From: Podarcis vaucheri
Taxonomy: Eukaryota
Direction: 5' to 3' (one strand)
DNA length: 64,000 nucleotides
Assembly: GCA_965113315.1 (NCBI GenBank)
Contig: OZ220367.1
The position numbers were made by a program, and so were the translations under genes. The notes under the pieces were generated by a model. The model was not told where the DNA came from. It ran no database searches and saw only the letters and a program-made list of their open reading frames with translations. Of this stretch, positions 48,601 to 60,809 are shown piece by piece. Each line of letters begins with the position of its first letter. Position 1 is the first letter of the stretch.

Positions 48601-50842
48601 AGTGACTCCAGTGATGATGAATCCCTGTATCAGCCTGTTCCCATTAAAAGATACATGTTTAAATTGAATGACCTTGAAGATGGCCAGAAGGAAGGCCTCA
48701 AGCATAAATTGCCTGCGAAAAGAGAGAATGGGAAACCTAATGATTTTGATCTTAGCCTTGATTCTCCCCAGAACGATATTGCGCAAAATGGGAACAATGA
48801 CCAGTCTGTCACTGAGTGTTCCATAGCAACCACTGCAGAATTTTCCCATGATACAGATGCAACTGAAATTGACTCCCTTGATGGGTATGATCTACAAGAT
48901 GAAGATGATGGCTTAACCGAGAGTGATTCCAAACTTGCTGGCCCAGCAGTGGAAATCAAGAAAGACATATGGGCTACAGAAGGCATTTTGAAACAGACTG
49001 ATCGGTGTTTTAGCCAAAGTAAGCTGGAAGTTATTGAGGAGGAAGAAAAAGTTGGCCCTGAAGAAAACAAACTTTTATCAAAATGTCCAGCAGCTGAAAA
49101 AAGTGCCGATAAGACTGAACAAAAATCAGGGGCACAGTTTTTCACTTTGGAAGGCAGGCACCCTGACAGGACTGTGTTTCCTGATACATATTTCAGTTAC
49201 AAAGTAGATGAAGAGTTTGCAACCCCTTTTAAGACAGTAGCTACTAAAAGCCTAGATTTTGACCCTTGGTCCAATAACCGTGGTGATGATGAAGTGTTTG
49301 AGTCCAAATCGAGGGATGACGAGGCTAAGCCTTTTGGCCTTGCTGTAGAAGACAGATCTCAAGCGACAACCCCAGATACGACTCCAGCCAGAACTCCAAC
49401 TGATGAAAGTACACCAACTAGTGAGCCCAATCCCTTCCCGTTTCACGAAGGGAAGATGTTTGAGATGACTCGCAGTGGCGCAATTGACATGAGCAAGAGG
49501 GATTTTGTTGAAGAAAGACTCCAATTTTTTCAGATTGGTGAGCATACTTCTGAAGGGAAGTCAGGGGACAAGGGGGAAGGGGATAAAAATAAAGTCACTG
49601 CCATCACACAGCTGCAGTCAGGGGACAAAGCTGTAGGAAAAAACGTAGAGGGAGAAGTAGAAACACCAAAAGTTGAATGTAAGCTCATCACCCAGGCCAG
49701 TGGAGATTGTACGGAAGCAACACCCGGTAGTAACTCCCTGGAGAAATCATCGACCACTGTTAATGCTTCTAAAGTTGATCCCAAATTGCGCACACCTATT
49801 AAAATGGGAATTTCTGCTTCCGCCATGACGCTGAAGAAAGATGTCTCTGGAGAAGTAACAGATAAGCTAGAGGCTGTGACGCCAGGTGTTCAGGGGTTAG
49901 AATATGACGCCATAGAGGAGGTTACAAGCCAGTCAAGTGGTAGGGAAGCAGAAAAGCATGATTTCCAAAAAGATAATTTTAATAACAACAACAATTTGGA
50001 CCCATCCGCTTTACCTAACGATAGCGTTACCTGTAAAGTAGTGCTAAATGAACATTTTGAGCCTAAGTGTCCCACACAGAAAGCTACTCAATTGAAAAAC
50101 ACTTCAGGAAATGATACAGGTGCAACACAAGGACACTGTAAACCAAAAGTACACGGAGAACAGCAGAAGTCATCAGAGCCAGTAGGGAATAGAGCGAGAT
50201 CAAAACTTCCCATAAAGGCTACCTCAGCAAAAGAAGCTATCCCACATAGCAGTAGCCACGCCAGCAGAGTGAGTAAAGTCAGACAGGATAGTAAACTTGA
50301 CAAAAGGAAACAAAACAGCTCTTTCCCACATGTAGAAGTAAGGTCTAAGATTCCTGTAAAAAATACACAAAGGCATAACTTAGCCATAGCTAGAAAGACA
50401 CCAGCAGTTCAAAACCAAGAGCAGCTAGAGAGAAGCAAAGCCAAACCGCTTCCTTCTAAATTACCATTAAAGGTAAGATCTACCACCAGCACCTCTACTA
50501 CCACCACCACCACCGCTGCAGCAGCAACAGTTAAAGTAAAGCAGAGTCAGCTTAGGGAGGTATGTAAACATTCTATTGAATATTTTAAGGGAATTAGTGG
50601 AGAGGCTTTAAAGCTTGTGGACCGCCTGTCTGATGAAGACAAAAAGTTGCAGTCAGAGGTGTCCGATGACGATGAAGAAGAAGACAGTACATCAAGAAAC
50701 ACGTCCCTGTCCGAAGCCACTCAAGTTTTCCAGCCTTCCATTACATCGAAGCCCGCTAGAGATATGAGAACAGAGGCAGCATCTTTAAAATCAAAGATTG
50801 AAAAGTCCGACAGTGAGAGGAGGAGGAGGAGTAAGAGGACTG
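43121..50842 (+). CDS. ANK3: ANK3 neuronal giant exon, 7,722 nt / 2,574 codons (serine-rich domain plus tail of 480-kDa ankyrin-G)
   Basis: tttaag|AAACAGTTGAACGA (KTVERSAGATRSLP) to AAGAGGACTG|gtgaga; phase 1-1; same frame as ORF 43231-50913; S/T-rich N-terminal part, LIR motif and SxIP motifs. Confidence 0.97.
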
Positions 50843-51496
50843 GTGAGAATGGAGGGAGTCAGGTTTCTGGAGCTCTCGTGGCTCACCTCGTGGAGATCAA
50901 GCCTAGTTTGTAAAACTTTCAACTTGTTGATCCTAGTGCATGAACTGTTGTGATTGCCTGTGAAGTGACTTACTGTAGTTCTCATTCTGTCATTGTCATC
51001 TGTATGTGCTGTCTTTTATACTCTTCTTTCTTCCTTTAAGTGAAGCCTATACTATAGACAGCTAGTGAAGCATGCTAAATACATTCATGTAATAGTTTAG
51101 GTCTTAGAAGACTTCATTTTGTGACAGCAAAAAAAAACACCCCTCATTTTGTCAAACAGAGAAAACTTTTTTTCCCCCTTTAAGTACTGGTGAACTGTTT
51201 TCCACCACCCCACCAGTAGTTAAAGCACTGTTGAACAGTTGAGTAGATAGATTGTTGGCATGTTTGGTTTCATTTACACAATTAACATCATGTAGTTTGA
51301 CACTCGGCCTTATAAAGGTGGCATTTTTTTTCAAATCTGTGACAAAAAATATATTTATTTATTGTAGGTTTTAGGGCACTCAGTCATTTTAGCAATTGAT
51401 CTGAGCACCAGTTAACATAGTACAATGTATTAAAATGCTGTTAGTGCTAAGAATTCTTTCACAGCACCTTTTTAATCAATAAATTATAAATCACAG

Positions 51497-51571
51497 GTCC
51501 ACAGAGTCCATGTGAACGGACAGATATAAGGATGGCAATAGTGGCCGATCACCTGGGACTTAGTTGGACGG
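51497..51571 (+). CDS. ANK3: ANK3 exon, 75 nt, death domain start (PQSPCERTDIRMAIVADHLGLSWT)
   Basis: atcacag|GTCCAC ... GGACGG|gtaaga; phase 1-1. Confidence 0.97.
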
Positions 51572-53294
51572 GTAAGATTTTATTTTGTGGTGATGATATT
51601 GCAACTAGCAATTCCTTTGGATACCCAGGCTGAGGGTGTATATGTGTGTGTGTTAGAGTGCAGTTTAGTTCTCAGGGCATCTTTTGTCTTCAGAAAAAGA
51701 GGGATACAGTGGACAAGCGAGATTGCAAGAGGTCTTTATGAAATGTGCTCTAGTAGTACTCCTTATAAAATTTCCATAAACACGGTTTATGGAATACAAT
51801 CTTACTTGGCTATGAGTGATCGCCAAAGAAGAGGAAGAAGATTATAAAACTGGTGTTTATAAAGCATTTGTGACATTTGTATCCCATCATTTCTTCAGGG
51901 AGCTAAGTCTGATGTGCCAGCCACACAACCACCCTGTGCAATCAGTTAACATGATAGTAACCTGGTCAGGACACCCCTAGCGAGCTTCATAGCATTAGGT
52001 GGGCAAGCAGGAAACTTAGTCTTGAGACCATCACATGTTGCATGGGGTTTTTGTTCACAATTTTGTTACCCCATTATCTCTAGAATCCACTGCATTGGTC
52101 CTGTCTCCTCACAGGCCTCAGATATTGTAGGGTGGGGAGAGGTTAACAAGGTTTATTCTTCCTCATCTGTCCTGTAGAAATGTAAGAAATAAATACTTTT
52201 GAAGTAGCACAAAGGCCCTTTTTATAAAGACCTCTCTCCAAAGCAAAGCCAGCGAGTTAGACTTCTCTTCATTCTCACCAACTAGTATTGTAATATAGGC
52301 ACTAAAAAATGTGTAGCTTCCAGGGCCATGAGAGGCATCGGTTGCAGCCATGTTGCCTTGGCAGTAAGGCAGATGACCAGTCCTGCTCAAGGAGCAGGCA
52401 GATCTCCTGACATGCCCCTCTTGTCCACTGTTGACAAAAGAATGGAGCTCTCATTGCTGCCTTCTCCTGCTTCCTCCTACATACCCCAGGCATGTCATAA
52501 ATATTTTATAGCTTTGTATACAATATTTGACAGCTTGGATTCAAAGTATTCTGTATGAGAGTGGAAGGTACCTGCTTGCACTTTGAAGACTCTTTGTGTG
52601 TCTGCTTTGGCCATTTTCCCTCTCTCTGACTGCAGTTCTCTTGCTACATCATATACCTTTCCAGAGATTTATCTGAGTCTTCAGGGTAACTTACAACATG
52701 AGGAGGCGAAGACAAGAAAGCCCTGGTGCATGCATAAAACACCAGCTTCAGTTCTTTGAGTTGAAGCCAATGTGTTGCTATGCCACATAGTAATTGTGAG
52801 GTCATCAGTGATTGTCTACCTGACTGGAAGCCTGATTTAGTCCTATTAGAACAGACTTCCTCAGCCTGCTGCTGATGTTTTAGAACACAACTCCCATCAT
52901 CCCTGACAGTTGGCCATGCTGGCTAGGGTTGTAGACCGAGGTGTAGTCCAAAAAACCTAGAGAGCAGCAGGTTGGAGAAGGCTATATTTAGACACAGCAG
53001 GAAACTAGAGAAACTGTGTAACCTCTTGACCTCTCTTGGGTGGGGTTTGTAGAACTGGTGAAGGAAGGATACAGCCCAAAGCTCCACAAACAGTGGCTGA
53101 TAGGTTTCAGACAGCAGGATGAAATGATACCTGCTCTCTCAGAGGACTTTCTCCTTTCCGATTTCTATGACAAGTTACACTGAAAAGGCAGAAATCTGAA
53201 CCAAACTTGGTTTTTCCATGTGTGACCTGCTGAACAGAGTTTTCAAAATAAACTTTGTTATCTCTCTCTCCCCTCCATTTCCCCTGTGTTATAG

Positions 53295-53426
53295 AACTAG
53301 CAAGAGAGCTGAATTTTTCTGTTGATGAAATTAATCAAATCCGGGTAGAAAACCCAAACTCTTTGATTGCTCAGAGCTTCATGTTGTTAAAGAAATGGGT
53401 GACCAGAGATGGGAAAAATGCTACAA
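53295..53426 (+). CDS. ANK3: ANK3 exon, 132 nt, death domain ([44 protein letters not shown])
   Basis: gttatag|AACTAG ... CTACAA|gtaagt; phase 1-1. Confidence 0.97.
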
Positions 53427-53739
53427 GTAAGTTTCATAACTATTATTGTTTTAAGTATGTAGAAGTCCATATTTTGCTGAACTTCATACACAGACTAGAC
53501 CTATCACTTAATGACTGTAGCCTCAACCAGTATGTTAGAATAAAATGCCACAGATCAAAGACTATAGATATAATTTTCAATTCATACATTCATTCATACA
53601 TTTCAATTCATGCATTCAGCTGTGGGTCATCAAGTTTTGAGAAGTCAAGGAATAAGGAATCTGCATGCATGTGTGAACTGGATTTGTCTCGATAGTCTTA
53701 AAACAACACAATTTCACAGTTCTCACAGTGAGAACAGAT

Positions 53740-53901
53740 GAAACTGCCTTATATTGAATCAGACTATTGATCCTTCTAGTCCAGCATTGCCAACTGTAAC
53801 TGGCAGCAACTCCCCATAAGTCTTTCTAGCCCTGCACAGAGATATCTGGGACCTTCTGTGTGCAAACCATGTGTTCCCCTACTGAGCCATAGCCCTTTCC
53901 C
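53740..53901 (-). mobile_element. tRNA-derived SINE (squamate type)
   Basis: Minus strand starts GGGAAAGGGCTATGGCTCAGTAGG (A box); more diverged copies at about 4450-4645 and 57990-58160. Confidence 0.65.
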
Positions 53902-54296
53902 AAAGTAGTTACATGCACATACAATGCAGTGAGGAGAATGCTGTCCACTGTTTTAGAGATTGTGATAAGGCATGGCTATGGGAGGTACTGCAAGGCAATA
54001 GAATTATTCCATTTTTACAGTAGCATGCACTTATACACAGAGTATTGACGAAGAGCTGATTTGTGCTTTATTGGCACTCTACGACACCAGTATTCGCTAT
54101 GGTAGATACATGAAGTGTGAAGGTGAGACACATGTCTCTAAACACTTGGGAACGTGCACTGGTTGATTGAATCCATTGCATGCATAAAGATTCCCATGCT
54201 ATACATGTTACTGTTGCGACCACTGGCCATACTCATAGACAGTTACAAATTTCAGTTATGAAATACTTTTCATCTATTTTGTTCTTCCTTCCACAG

Positions 54297-54440
54297 CTGA
54301 TGCCTTAACCTCTATATTGACAAAAATCAATCGGATTGACATTGTAACTTTGTTGGAAGGACCAATATTTGATTATGGAAACATTTCAGGCACCAGAAGC
54401 TTTGCAGATGAAAATAATGTTTTCCATGATCCTGTTGATG
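54297..54440 (+). CDS. ANK3: ANK3 exon, 144 nt, death domain end (TDALTSILTKINRIDIVTLLEGPIFDYGNISGTRSFADENNVFHDPVD)
   Basis: ttccacag|CTGATG ... GTTGATG|gtaact; phase 1-1. Confidence 0.97.
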
Positions 54441-55463
54441 GTAACTGAATTTGTTTCATTTTGACCAATATTTATCCACACAGAAAAGTCTTTTCATCTA
54501 ATAACATAAACCATGCAAGATGATACTGTTTCAAATAAAATATATATTTATTTATCTCAAATATATAAAAAAATCAGGGTATGTATCAGTGAACACTTCA
54601 GAGTTGTTCTCTCCATTAACTTAATTTGAACTCAGTCTAAAATTACTGTGAAATCGTTCCCTTTGGTAAAATTACAACTGCTTATTGTTTCTTTACATTC
54701 TAAAATTACCCTAATGGGATAATGAAATTCTGGTACTCTAATCAATGCCCAGATTTATGCTGAGATTTAACTTCAATTTTTGTTCTTCAACTGTAAATGC
54801 TTTTATTGAGCAGATAAATATATAAATGAATCTGTACTACTGATCAGGTGCTAAAAACTAATTCTGACTTTGAAGATACATTAAGCTGCTTTCCAAATAC
54901 TTCCCTTTTTTGTTTCATTTTGTAAGCTATGTTCTTCTAAACACAATGAATCTCCCTTTTTCTTGTATTTTATTCAAACACATGCTGTTTTTGCTGCCTT
55001 CTGCAAGGATTTTCTGGCTGTGTGCAGCGCTTATGAGCTTAATTCATCCCCAAGCAACATTCTTGGTCATTGAATCACCGCATTGCAGAAATTAAAATTC
55101 TGTGGACATTTTAAGAAGTTTTCTCTTGAAATGTCGCTTGTGCCTTTTAATCAGAGACAAGTATCTTTTCTACAAAGAGAATGTGCTTCTCTGTGTTGCT
55201 GTCTATCCTTCCTCTCCTCTGAACCTTCCTCAAGCTTCTTGTCCTCACCAAGACCAGACTACCTTTTAACTTTCTCTCAGTTGATTCAGTTGCAGAACAC
55301 GGGGACATTAGTGCACATTGCTCTCCAGGCAGCACAATGTAATGCTGATCTCTCTCCCCATCCCAGCCTTTCATCAGCTCATCAGTTTAATATTTACCTC
55401 TGAGAATATGGTTTACAGTTCACTGTCATTTCATTTGTCTATGTTCAAGTCTAACTGCCAGAG

Positions 55464-55855
55464 CAGGGATGGTCAACCTCTGTATTCCTGGGGGCTGCTC
55501 CATTCACCAGCTGCTACTCTGGGCTTTGGGAGCACTTTTCACAGAAGCAAGCAGACCTCATTATGGATGATCAGGCAAAGCTAGCAGTAAGGGCTCTATA
55601 GGTATGGAGCATTCACATTCGGGTGGCAAAATATCATTAATTGCTGGGTGGAGGAAGTAATGTCCTTCCAGAAAGATTCTGTCATGAGGCTGATTGGTAG
55701 CTTGCTTTTGCCTTTTCAGGATGCTCTTAATATAGCTATACACTAAATTCTACATGCAATATCCTTTGGGCAATTGTTTGTAAGACACATTTATTAAAAT
55801 TGGGGAGCTACTTCAGGGCTGATCAGGCTCACAGGTCTCCAGCGGGCCATCCCTG
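55464..55855. mobile_element. Probable old hAT-family non-autonomous element
   Basis: Termini CAGGGATGG / CCATCCCTG; flanks TGCCAGAG / TTCTAGAT only partly match. Confidence 0.5.
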
Positions 55856-55922
55856 TTCTAGATAATTATTGTTCTCTCTTTTTTGTTGCTTATGTTTTTC
55901 TTTTCTCTCTTTATTCAATCAG

Positions 55923-56041
55923 TGTTTCTGATTGTACCCATGTCACCAAGATCGCCTCAGTCTCCAAGATCACCAAGATCTCCTTATTCATCACAATCCT
56001 CTCATCTCTGTAGTTTTACTGTTCCCGAAATTTATATCTAG
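55923..56041 (+). CDS. Candidate alternative ANK3 exon, Ser-Pro rich (VFLIVPMSPRSPQSPRSPRSPYSSQSSHL...); either an 87-nt cassette ending 56009 or a terminal exon ending at TAG 56039-56041
   Basis: About 55-nt pyrimidine tract then caatcag|; reads in phase 1 with the upstream exon; repeated SP motif uses varied synonymous codons; donor TCT|gtagtt is weak. Confidence 0.45.
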
Positions 56042-56721
56042 ATCCTCCCTATCCTGTAGTTTTTGTTTTAGATTTTGACTCTACAGTCACTGAGAATATG
56101 CTATACTTTTCTGCCCTCTTTAAGGTTCATTTGTTTCTAACAACTGCGTTATCATGATGCAGTGATTAAAGTTGAAGTATCTACAGATGATATTTCACAT
56201 TTGTAATGGTATAAAGCCAAGTAGTTTTATCTTTTGGAAACTGGATGATAAAAATGTACACCAATTTTTAAGAAATCCTGGCTGTCTTGCTTTATAACAT
56301 AATTCATTACATCTAAACTTTTTGAGTAAATCCAAATACAAGCAGAAAAGTTATTTTGCCACAAAATACCACTCTTGATATAAAAAGACAGCAAGCAGCC
56401 ATCCAGATTCAGTCCATTTGCTATTGAGAAGAGAAATATAATACTACTTAAATTACTGGAAAACCAGTAATTGAAAAATTGCAACCATGTGTGCTGTAGG
56501 CCAATAATAGTAATAAGCTGTGCTGTATTAGCCATTTCATCTACTTTGGTTTTGTTGCATTCTTTAAGGATGTTACATTCATTATTACATTCCTAATTAA
56601 AGTGTTGTTATCATTTCATACATTTTCCCCATTTTACATAATTAACTGGCCACTCTGCATGCTTGATTATATGTCACTCCATACTTCATTGCAATCAGTC
56701 CAAATGTGCTGTCTTCCATAG

Positions 56722-57379
56722 GTTATCCCACCATCCAAGTGGAACTGGAAACTCCCACTGGGTTGCGCTTCGTGCCACCCACCCCTTCCCAGCAAGATGA
56801 TTTCTTTAGCGATTTCTCTAGCATAGAGTCACCCCTTAGAACTCCCAGTAGACTGAGTGACGTGTTAGTAACTCCACAGGGAAACATAGATGATACAGCA
56901 GCAGAACCTCCAGTGGTGACTGAAGAAGACACTTCACTGGAAGACGGCAAACACGATTTCTCAGTGCCTAGAGAAGGAGCATCTAAAGATGTAGGCCAGA
57001 TCCAATTGGATGAAATGGACCTTAATGATTACCCACGCTATCTTGGTAGTTATGCCGAGGTACCAAAACAAAAGCTAAGCCAAGAGACTAGTCCAACTTT
57101 AGTGAGAACTGAGCAGCAGGAGAGAGAAAAGTCTGGTACTGATGAGATGACGGAAGAAAAGCTTAAATCTCTGTTTGAAGACATTCACCTTGACGAAGTA
57201 GTTGAGTCTGAGGAGATGACAGAAGAAAAAGTCTTGTCTATTCTTAAGTATGTGCAGCAGGCAGAACAGGAACTGTCTTCAATTACAGGTTGGCAGAGTG
57301 AGGCCTCCAGCGTCAATGTGGAGCCGCCAACACCAGGACGCAGAATAAGCGGTGATTTGCTGGATCGACTAGATGACAG
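56722..57379 (+). CDS. ANK3: ANK3 C-terminal exon, long form, 658 nt (acidic insert GYPTIQVELETPTGL... plus GWQSEASS...DRLDD)
   Basis: ttccatag|GTTATC ... GATGACAG|gtatga; phase 1-2; ORF 56706-57395. Confidence 0.92.
57289..57379 (+). CDS. ANK3: ANK3 C-terminal exon, short form, 91 nt via internal acceptor (GWQSEASSVNVEPPTPGRRISGDLLDRLDD)
   Basis: tcttcaattacag|GTTGGCAG; same phase as the 56722 acceptor; gives the canonical DPVD-GWQ junction. Confidence 0.88.
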
Positions 57380-58503
57380 GTATGAAAGTGTTTAACTAAC
57401 CAAGTATTCTCATTTTGAAAACACATGACTTTTTTCCTCAAACCCATGGTCAATGTATTTCTAGAAGTACCTATATAATGCTTATGTAAATAAGCAGCAA
57501 TCCAGATTATAAGGCACCGATATTCTCAAGGCAAATTTACAGTATGGCATTTAAAACAGTGAAATCCCAAACACTGTTAAGATTGGGGGGGGGGTGCACA
57601 ATAAAATCAGGCTCAGAACAGAATGGGCAGCAGGAAATACATAAGCCTGGTTCCCAAAGGAACAGAAGAATATTTGACCACTTTTCCAATTTCAAAAAAA
57701 AGTAAAGTAAAAGTTGCACAGGCCTCCTGGAGAGAGGATGGGTATACTGAAGTCCCAGAGCAGTGACAAAAAATCCTGACCCTGCTCTTTTTGCATTTGC
57801 ATTGGATGTTAATGCAAAATCCAAAGGTGATTATACTTTTAGGAGGGTCTTGTTAGCTGATCTCAATACTCTGGGTAGGGAGGGAAATTATGTAAGGGGA
57901 TATGCTTCCTGAAATAAGCTAGGACTACAAGATCAACACCAGCACTGGTAAAATGCTAATTAGCCATACTGGCATGTGGATATATGAATCTTCCTTATGC
58001 TATTAACAATCGGGCACACTGTTGGCAGCTACCACCCAAGGTCTTGGGGACAAATGCTTTTCCTACACCTGCTTACTGAAATCCTTTTAAGAGGAATTGT
58101 AAGGGACTAAACCTGGGACATTTTGAATGCAAAATTTATTGCAGAGTTATACTCCCTCCCACTGTACTTAATGGAAAGCTCTAGTCTGAATTGTGTGTTA
58201 AACACACACACAAACTTTATTCTGCTCTTTGTTTGAGAAACCAAAAAAGCAGAGCTTCTTTTGCCTTCAGATCATCATCAAATTTTCTCTGAGCCATAGA
58301 AGCTCATTGGTAGATATTGAGCTTTTGGTGCATATTCTCATTCTCAGGCTAACCGGCCTCACAGGTTTTTTGTGAAGAAAATATTTAGCCATATATGTCA
58401 CCCTGAACTCCTTGGAGGTGGAAGGGTGGGACAGAAGTACAGCACATAAATTAACACTTATCTATTTTCCAGTGCTTGATCATGTTTGCTTTGTCTCTTG
58501 TAG

Positions 58504-58882
58504 CCCTGACCAGTGTAGAGATTCTATTACCTCATATCTCAAAGGAGAAGCAGGAAAGTTGGAAACCAATGGAAGCTACTCAGAATCTACAACAGAAGCA
58601 AAGACTAAGCCTTTCGTTCAGGAGTCTGCAAAGATCCTAGGAAAACAGAGCGACAAGGAAACTGTGAAACCAAAAACGCAAAGTTCTCTCCGAACTGAGC
58701 AGCAAACCATCTCATTAACGTCGCATCAGAAATCTTTGCAAGAGGCAAGCAAACCAGCAGTCGATACACCTAAAACCTCTGTGCCTGTCAGCATGAAAAA
58801 GACGAGCTGGAATACTTCCGATGACAGCAAGCTGAGACCAAAAGCCCAGGAAGAGGAAGGAGCAACATCGTCCGAACAAAAG
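58504..58882 (+). CDS. ANK3: ANK3 exon, 379 nt, C-terminal regulatory domain (SPDQCRDSITSYLKGE...ATSSEQK)
   Basis: cttgtag|CCCTGAC ... CAAAAG|gtataa; phase 2-0. Confidence 0.95.
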
Positions 58883-60351
58883 GTATAAATGCCATCCGCC
58901 TTACTTTGTGTGGGAGTTTTCATTCTTAATTCAGCTAAAGCATTGTGAATATAGAATGAACTTCCCTCTGTGGCTTCCCTTTTATATTTCTCCCAAAAAA
59001 CTTCCCAGCTAGGGCCAACCATGCAGTGCTGAAACTTCAGTTTAGAGAGCAACAGAGTTTAGTGATCTCCCCTCTCTTACGCAAACTCCATCCCTCTCAT
59101 CAGCCACTTTAAAAGCCTCGCTTAAACCCAGGTTTAAGCTTTCCTTGAAATGAAAGCAGAGAAGCAGAATTGTGGTGAGGGAGCAGGAAGAAATGATGGG
59201 GGTGATTTTGAGCCTGCTCAAAAAACTGCAAAGGGTCCCTTCTGAGAATCTGGCATTTGCCCCCAAATGGGTTAAAAAACCCCAACTCTCAATAAATCTT
59301 TCTGAACCAAGGAATGTGTGTGCATGCTGCTCACTGTTGGCAGTGGAGAGCAGCATGCAGCTACTGAAAGTTAGGTCAGTGAAGGAAACTGTGATGGAGT
59401 CAAGGCTCTTGCTCAGCCCCAAACCTATTTTGGAGACTGGTCAAGGGACCTCAGAGGTCTAGTGCCCCATCAGGAGAACCCTCTAGACATGAAGCCAGCA
59501 CCCCATGAGTCCTGCTGGCCACCCAGGTCCATAGACTCAGCATAAGAGGAAGCCTACATAAAGGACTAGGGTTGTGGTGCCAAGCTCTCCAGGATCCTCT
59601 CGCCAGTCAGTTGAGACAGCCACAGGAGCAGATGAAAGGCAAAAAAATTAAAATGCTCTTTACTCTCTTCTCTACCCTCTGTCGCAAGTTCCTTGTGGGC
59701 TTCTACTTAGAATCATAGAATTATTTCTGCTAATATTCTTCAGTCTTTTGGCTTTTTGTATTGCTTCTTCAAACTGTGGTTTGCAAATGAGGAGCCAACC
59801 ACAAGAGCCTTCCAATGCCCTTCCTCCTTCCCTGTAGCCCTGAACATTCCTAAACAAGAGTCTCCACTTAACCAGAATTTGAAACCCTGGTCTTGTGCCC
59901 AACCCCTGATATACAATCAATGGTTTGCTGATGTAATATAAAACCACACTTGAGATCAACAAGGGACAAGAGGGGGGAAATGTGCACCGGAAGTGGGAAG
60001 GGAGTACATGTCCCCAAGGGTGTGCCTCCCTGTCAGTAAACTATGGTTTGCATGTAGCCTGCCACGCATTTATGGCTATGCCAGGCTATACCTGTACAAA
60101 ACTGTGATGTATTTTGAAATATTTTTAAGGCAGCTCTGAATGCAGAATGCCTACCTCACTTGTGGACATGGCAAAATGCTCCTAACTGAAATATTACCTA
60201 CCCTGAAAGCAAGATTGCAGACATCCCCCCTATGGTGTTTTTCAGGATGAACTAATGTTGGGTATAACCATTTTCCCCCTCTATTCCTGCTCAGATTCAT
60301 GTTTGTCTTTTAAATGAGCTGGTAAAATGTACTAAAAACTGCATTTATCAG

Positions 60352-60462
60352 GAGTATAGTGAGAGTGACAGTGACAGTGACATTGAGATTCAGAGTGATT
60401 CAAGCTCAGATGAAGAACAGAGAATCACTACAAGGGTTTATCGGCGACGTTTGATTCTGAAG
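60352..60462 (+). CDS. ANK3: ANK3 muscle-type alternative exon, 111 nt (EYSESDSDSDIEIQSDSSSDEEQRITTRVYRRRLILK)
   Basis: tttatcag|GAGTAT ... CTGAAG|gtatcg; phase 0-0; TTRVxRRRxIxK is the ankyrin obscurin-binding signature. Confidence 0.88.
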
Positions 60463-60809
60463 GTATCGCATGACTGTAGTTCCCACTGGCATGGAGTTGG
60501 TCTTGGACTGCAGTACTAATAGTGTTCACATTATACTCCTTCTCTTGGTGTGGTATGTATTTCATAACTGATGGCTGCCCCTTGTATAATCTTAAGACTT
60601 GTGGTGGAAAACAACCAAATTGCACGATGGGTTTCCTTTGGTAATCCCACTGTGTGCAGCATGACTTTGCCTCTATAGGTGCACTTTGACTAAATATATA
60701 CAAATGCCGCTCAGTATAGTGAAATTATAACCTGGATCAACAGCAGTTTTGCAACTATGACCATTATAGCTTGGCTAGTAACAACTGTGAAAGATATATT
60801 AATTCTGAT

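Noticed and set aside
43203-50387. Many minus-strand ORFs (for example 43203-43907, 48630-49145)
   Set aside because: Antisense shadows of the low-complexity giant exon; no independent gene signals.
43231-50913. 2,560-aa ORF as a standalone single-exon gene
   Set aside because: It starts at GTG, the frame is open upstream to the 43121 acceptor, and the last 23 codons are intron read-through past the 50842 donor.
53843-53901. tRNA gene
   Set aside because: Only a degenerate A-box head continuing into a SINE body; no cloverleaf.
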